A model generated the notes under the pieces. The model made no database searches and was not told the origin of the DNA. It was given only the letters and a program-made list of their open reading frames with translations. A DNA stretch of 64,000 bases. Origin: Bacteroidota bacterium (GTDB lineage Bacteria > Bacteroidota > Bacteroidia > Bacteroidales > UBA7960). The translations under genes and the position numbers were made by a program. Shown here in pieces: positions 59,543-64,000 of this stretch (positions are counted from its first letter, which is position 1; every line of letters starts with the position of its first letter). The stretch spans positions 102,538-166,537 of the forward strand of contig RECE01000212.1 of assembly GCA_007694165.1 (NCBI GenBank), given 5' to 3'.

Positions 59543-60022
59543 TGGGTGCCGTGTTGGAACCCTTTTTGATATTACAAATTTGACAATCTAAAACACTGTA
59601 AACAACCGTGTTAACCCCCTAAATAAAAGTCAAAAAGCAAGTAAAATTACGCATCCCAAAACAGTTGTTTTGCATTACGGGTCTACAGGTAGCCTTTGTA
59701 AAAATATTTTCTATTTAATGCAAAAACAGACAGTTACCAAGGGTCTGATAAAAAAGTTTTTGATGCATTAGATGCAGGACGATAAGACGAAACTGTATAT
59801 GAATACTTCGATATGAAGGCAACGAAGCACGGGATTAACCCCTGCTCATAGCTTAAATTTTGGGTAATTCCTCTGTGAGGAAGCAACCGATATTTATATA
59901 TCTTTGCCTGAATGAATGGCTTTGTGAAGGAAAAATGCAATAATTTGATTTGATTTTAAACACTATGCAATAATCAAGTGTTAACATAGTTTGTTAATGA
60001 AAACCCTGCAAAATTGAATATT

Positions 60023-61441
60023 ATGACATTGAAAAAACTATTTTTCAGCGCTTTTATCAGTTTGATAATTTTCAGCTGCGCCCTTGCCGACAAAGGGGTG
60101 AATGGTTACAGAATAGATGTAAAAGTACAAGGCATACAGGACACTGTGGCTTTTATGGCCTATCATTTTGGCAACCGGCAATACGTGCTCGATACGGTAA
60201 GGGTTGACCATCAGGGCAGGTTTACTTTCGAAGGAGAACAATCCCTGGATAAAGGAATGTATATGGTGGTTTTGCCGGGTCAGGTATATTTTGAGATCCT
60301 GGTAGATCATAATCAGCACTTTGGCGTGGAGACGGTAATGAATGAATTCATTAGCACCATGCAATTTGTGGGTTCACCACAGAATGAAGCCTTCTACGGG
60401 TATATGCAATTTATCAGGCAGCAGGGAGAGCAAAGCGGCCCCTTGCGCGCCGAATTGCAGGAAGCCGGCCTCACTGGCGAAAGAAGAGAACAAATACGCA
60501 CTGAACTGGCTGTGCTTGATGAAAGGGTAAAAAATGAGCAAAACAGAATCATAGAAATGTTTCCCGATGGCCTTTTCAGCAAAATTCTGCTGGCCCAGCA
60601 AGAGCCTCCCATGCCCGAAGCACCATCCAGGGAAGACGGAACACCGAACCATGAACTTATGTATCACTTGTATAAAAAAGCTTTCTGGGAAAACATAGAT
60701 TTTGCGGATGACCGATTGTTGAGAACTCCCATTTTTCATGCAAAGCTCAACCAATACTTTACCCGTGTGGTGATGCAAATGCCCGATAGTATAATCGCAG
60801 AGGCCGATCGCATTGTGGAAAAATCACGTGCCCATGACGAAGTATTCAAATACACTGTTTTCTACCTTACCAATACCTTTGAACGGTCTCAAATCATGGG
60901 AATGGATGCGGTGTTTGTGCACATGGTGGAGAATTATTACATGACCGGGCAGGCTCACTGGGTAAATGAAGAACAATTGCAGAAGATTTCTGAACGTGCC
61001 ATGGCTCTCAAGCCGCTACTTATCGGTAAAGTTGCCCCCGATATTAACATGTTTAAGCCCGACAACTCAAGACTTAGCTTGCACAATGTGGATACGAAAT
61101 TTACAGTGGTCTATTTCTGGGACTCTGAATGCGGACACTGCAAGCGACAAACACCCGTGCTGAAGGATTTCTATAAGCGCATGAATCCAAGAGGTGTGGA
61201 AATTTTTGCTGTCAACACCGAAGCTGACAGAAACAAATGGCTTTCGTATGTGGAGAAAAACAACCTGGAGTGGATCAATGTGAATGACCCAGCCAATCGC
61301 TCAGGTTTTCGTGATAAGTATGATATATGGGCCACACCGTTGATTTTTTTGCTGGATGAAGACAAGCGGATTATCGCCAAGCGAATCACCATAGAACAAA
61401 TGGAAGAGATTATCAACATGGAATTGCAGCGCATGAATTGA
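60023..61441 (+). CDS. TlpA/thioredoxin-like lipoprotein with a large N-terminal domain
   Basis: The start was moved from TTG 60014 to ATG 60023 (MTLKKLFFSAFISLIIFSC lipobox). Redox motif in VVYFWDSECGHCKRQTP. Confidence 0.75.
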   Translation: MTLKKLFFSAFISLIIFSCALADKGVNGYRIDVKVQGIQDTVAFMAYHFGNRQYVLDTVRVDHQGRFTFEGEQSLDKGMYMVVLPGQVYFEILVDHNQHFGVETVMNEFISTMQFVGSPQNEAFYGYMQFIRQQGEQSGPLRAELQEAGLTGERREQIRTELAVLDERVKNEQNRIIEMFPDGLFSKILLAQQEPPMPEAPSREDGTPNHELMYHLYKKAFWENIDFADDRLLRTPIFHAKLNQYFTRVVMQMPDSIIAEADRIVEKSRAHDEVFKYTVFYLTNTFERSQIMGMDAVFVHMVENYYMTGQAHWVNEEQLQKISERAMALKPLLIGKVAPDINMFKPDNSRLSLHNVDTKFTVVYFWDSECGHCKRQTPVLKDFYKRMNPRGVEIFAVNTEADRNKWLSYVEKNNLEWINVNDPANRSGFRDKYDIWATPLIFLLDEDKRIIAKRITIEQMEEIINMELQRMN

Positions 61442-61471
61442 TAAAATCCATTTTTGTTTTGAATCATAAAC

Positions 61472-61514
61472 AACGACTCCGTTGCTCCGGAAATACCGGC
61501 ACAACGGAGTCGTT
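61472..61514. terminator. Bidirectional terminator hairpin between convergent genes
   Basis: 13-bp stem AACGACTCCGTTG / CAACGGAGTCGTT with an inner CCGG/CCGG stem. Confidence 0.7.
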
Positions 61515-61569
61515 CTGTTGAAAAGCACATTGATGCAGGGCTTTATTAGCCAGTAAGCAGGTAAACTTG

Positions 61570-63105
61570 TTACATGTGTTCTTTCCTGAGCAAATCCATG
61601 ATGGTTTTTACGGGATTAAAGGTAGCCAGCGGTACTTCCACAAACAGCGTTATCCAGTTGGCCATGGCACCATTCCATAATCCGGGTAATTCCTGCGCTT
61701 TCAGCTCCCTGCCATCCTTGCTCTTCTGGCTTATGAAACCGGTACTTGGCTCCACATATTTGAGCAGGTCAAAAGCCTCTCCCCTGTAGTCTTTTAACCC
61801 ACAAACCAAATCAACGGGATTGAAGTGTGTAGCTTTTTCGAAAATCTCTTTTTGATGAGGATCAGCTTGATTCACCTGAGATGATTCAACAATTTGTAAT
61901 GAGCGGGTTTTGTCGTTGGGGTTTTCAACCCAGAAAGGTCCGCCACCAGGTTCTCCCACATTTTTCACCATACCGCATATCCTTACGGGTCTGTTGAGGA
62001 GATCTTTCATCACAGGAATGCCCTCGGCTCTTCCTTCAGGGAGCAATTTGGGGTCTATAAAAAGTTTCTCAATGGCAAAACTACGCATCTCAGCATATTC
62101 TACCAGGCTCATAGTGCCGTCGTCAATGGCTTTTAGTGCCCCGTGAATTTTCTCCAGCAACTGAATCAGCATTCCTCCCAGTGCCTTCTTATACTGGTAG
62201 GTTTGATCTTTCAAAGAATCGGGTACCACATTGTCAATATTCTTGATAAAAACAACATCTTCTTTTATCTCATTCAGGTTTTGAATCAGTGCACCATGGC
62301 CGCCCGGCCTAAAGAGCAAACTATTGTCTGCTTCCCTGAAAGGTTTGTTTTCCAAATCAACTGCCAGTGTATCTGTTGAGGGTTTCTGGACCGAAAACTT
62401 GATTTCGAACCGATAACCAAAGTTTCCTTCATACACTTTAAGTATATCTCCAACATGGTTTACAAAGCGGCCTCTGTGTTCGGAAGAAACTGTAAAATGC
62501 AATTTCACTGTGCCTTCATTGTCGCAGGCATACTGGGCACCTTCCACCAGGTGTTCTTCCACAGGAGTTCGAATGCTGTCTTCGTATCGGTGAAATTTAA
62601 GCAGCCCTTTGGGCAACATGGCATAGCCAAGTCCATCATCATCCAAAAGCGTATTCAGCAGCGGAAGGTAATCCCCTTTTTCCACAAGCTCATCAGCATT
62701 CATTCCCATGTCATTTATCAGTGCAGACAAATCTTCCCAGAAAGCAAACAACTTTATTTGCTGAAAGAACTGAACAGCAGTTTTGTCTTCCTGCATAACA
62801 ACTTGCGCAGATATCCCCTGCTGAAGTTTCTCTCTCCAGCTAAACAAATCCTTAAACATTCGCGTGGCGGCACCACTGGCGGGGACAAACTTAAGAATAC
62901 CAAGTTTACCTGCCCCTTCTTCAAAATAATTTATATAGCCTTTAAGTTCTTTACCTTCGATTTTCAGGATACCCGACGATATAGTTGCGGGCGCTGCCAG
63001 TTGGATAAAAGGAAATCCTTCTTCAAAATTTCGAATTTGTTCAAGTGCTGTTTCTTCGGAAATTCCCTTCTTATTAAGTTGCAATAAATCTTCTTGTGTA
63101 AACAT
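61570..63105 (-). CDS. UDP-sugar-pyrophosphorylase-like nucleotidyltransferase (possibly DUF4301)
   Basis: 511 aa. FVPASGAATRMFKDLF and LLFRPGGHGALIQNL resemble the UDPGP-family NTP-binding motifs. The DUF name is recalled only. Confidence 0.55.
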   Translation of the reverse strand: MFTQEDLLQLNKKGISEETALEQIRNFEEGFPFIQLAAPATISSGILKIEGKELKGYINYFEEGAGKLGILKFVPASGAATRMFKDLFSWREKLQQGISAQVVMQEDKTAVQFFQQIKLFAFWEDLSALINDMGMNADELVEKGDYLPLLNTLLDDDGLGYAMLPKGLLKFHRYEDSIRTPVEEHLVEGAQYACDNEGTVKLHFTVSSEHRGRFVNHVGDILKVYEGNFGYRFEIKFSVQKPSTDTLAVDLENKPFREADNSLLFRPGGHGALIQNLNEIKEDVVFIKNIDNVVPDSLKDQTYQYKKALGGMLIQLLEKIHGALKAIDDGTMSLVEYAEMRSFAIEKLFIDPKLLPEGRAEGIPVMKDLLNRPVRICGMVKNVGEPGGGPFWVENPNDKTRSLQIVESSQVNQADPHQKEIFEKATHFNPVDLVCGLKDYRGEAFDLLKYVEPSTGFISQKSKDGRELKAQELPGLWNGAMANWITLFVEVPLATFNPVKTIMDLLRKEHM

Positions 63106-63177
63106 AGCTCGTTTTTCGTTTTAAATTATCTTGTAAATGCCTTAAACTGTATTGATTCAATGTATTTTGTTACAACA

Positions 63178-63567
63178 TCAAGGTGCCAAAGAAGTATCTT
63201 CTTCACGCACAAGCATAAGGATGGCAGAATGGGGTACAATATTATATTTTTGTTTATCAAACTCAATTTCAAACGCACTATCCTGGAGGTAAACGGCCAA
63301 ATCACCTTCACACACCTGTAAGGGAAAATACTTCAGGTTATCTCTTGATTCTTTCCAGGGCTCATCACTGTCAATGGGTGCAGGAATGGGATAGCCCGGT
63401 CCCGCTTTGATAACATAACCGCTTTGAATTTTACGCTTTTCTTCAACTCCGGGAGGCAAATACAACCCCCCTTTGGTTCTTTCTGTTGCCGACTTGGGTT
63501 TTATCAACACCCTGTCTCCTATTAATATAAACTTATTAAGGTCATCACCATCAATTTTCAGTAACAT
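63178..63567 (-). CDS. GroES-family (cpn10-like) protein, long stand-alone form
   Basis: 129 aa. GDRVLIKPKSATERTKGGLYLP matches the cpn10 N-terminal and mobile-loop pattern, and later EGDLAVY and AILMLV follow it too. No groEL lies downstream. Confidence 0.6.
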   Translation of the reverse strand: MLLKIDGDDLNKFILIGDRVLIKPKSATERTKGGLYLPPGVEEKRKIQSGYVIKAGPGYPIPAPIDSDEPWKESRDNLKYFPLQVCEGDLAVYLQDSAFEIEFDKQKYNIVPHSAILMLVREEDTSLAP

Positions 63568-63803
63568 ATTCTGTAGTTTATTTTTATATGTTTACAATGA
63601 ATAACGTTTTAACTATCGGTAAAAAGCAATACACAAACCTAAGGATTTTTAACCAATAAATTGTGCTAAAATCTTTTTAACAGCACAATTTTAGAACAAT
63701 AATCTTGCGTTTATGTTATGTTAAGTATAGGTAAAATGCACTTAACCCGAATGTTTTGCCTGCTCCCTAAAAAAATGTTGAACTTTCTAAAAATCATACC
63801 ACC

Positions 63804-64000
63804 ATGAAGAAAAGGCTTTTATTAATGAGTAATTCGACCAATTATGGCGAAAAGTATTTAGGCTATGCTCGTAAACACATAAAGGATTTTTTGGGCAGGG
63901 ATATCCGAAAAATTGCCTTCGTACCTTATGCGGCTGTTGATATTTCCTACATTGAATATACCAATCAGGTAAGTGATGTTTTTTCTGAACTTGACTACAG
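63804..64000 (+). CDS. pepE: Dipeptidase E (peptidase S51), N-terminal fragment; continues beyond the window
   Basis: My own translation gives MKKRLLLMSNSTNYGEKYLGYARKHIKDFLGRDIRKIAFVPYAAV.... The LLLxSNST start and FVPYA pattern match PepE. The frame is open to the window end. Confidence 0.7.
   Translation, partial: MKKRLLLMSNSTNYGEKYLGYARKHIKDFLGRDIRKIAFVPYAAVDISYIEYTNQVSDVFSELDY

Noticed and set aside
1-64000. CRISPR arrays, transposases or IS elements, prophage genes, toxin-antitoxin pairs and known defence-system genes.
   Set aside because: I scanned all ORFs and intergenic gaps. I saw no regularly spaced direct repeats and none of these gene types.

Overview
The window looks like an ordinary chromosomal segment of a Bacteroidota (Bacteroidia-like) genome. 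Supporting signs are T9SS C-terminal sorting domains, a complete Bat/MoxR aerotolerance operon, CarboxypepD-type TonB-dependent receptors and TAnnTTTG -7 promoter boxes. No transposase, integrase, CRISPR array or recognisable defence gene is visible.

Gene content in order:
- 1-8.1 kb: a 5'-truncated histidine kinase, then a plus-strand redox block of rex, a ribF-like gene, an MBL hydrolase, hydG, two tandem TM1266-like ACT proteins and an Rrf2 regulator. A Spy/CpxP-like protein and a porin-like barrel follow.
- 8.2-19.3 kb: a TlpA-like oxidoreductase, an SSS symporter, and the 8-gene operon moxR-DUF58-TM-batA-batB-batC-batD-batE on the minus strand.
- 19.7-36.3 kb: a His-rich lipoprotein, a TPR protein, gyrA, clpC, a TonB-dependent receptor with a lipoprotein partner, a large T9SS surface protein, recF and a DUF721 gene.
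- 36.3-44 kb: a minus-strand array of NfeD, macrodomain, pncB, pncA and a four-repeat S1/OB-like protein. Then fsa/tal, an SRP (4.5S) RNA hidden under an over-extended ORF, a small membrane protein and a CAP-domain protein.
- 44-64 kb: valS, a second TonB-dependent receptor, a creatininase-family gene, DUF2207, two tRNA-Leu genes, two tandem GLUG-motif T9SS paralogs, a second TlpA-like protein, a DUF4301-like nucleotidyltransferase, a long stand-alone GroES-like protein and the start of pepE.

I did not find a clear novel system. The observations most worth a second look are:
1. The GLUG paralog pair. An identical 22-nt 3' motif plus a covarying terminator is complementary to both 5' leaders.
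2. An unassigned 175-nt GC-rich structured island with twin homologous hairpins at 50.8-51.0 kb.
3. The NfeD-macro-pncB-pncA-S1-like array.
4. hydG with duplicated TM1266-like genes but no hydA/E/F in view.

Many ORF-track starts use TTG or upstream Met codons. I moved them to signal-peptide or canonical ATG starts where the sequence supports it.
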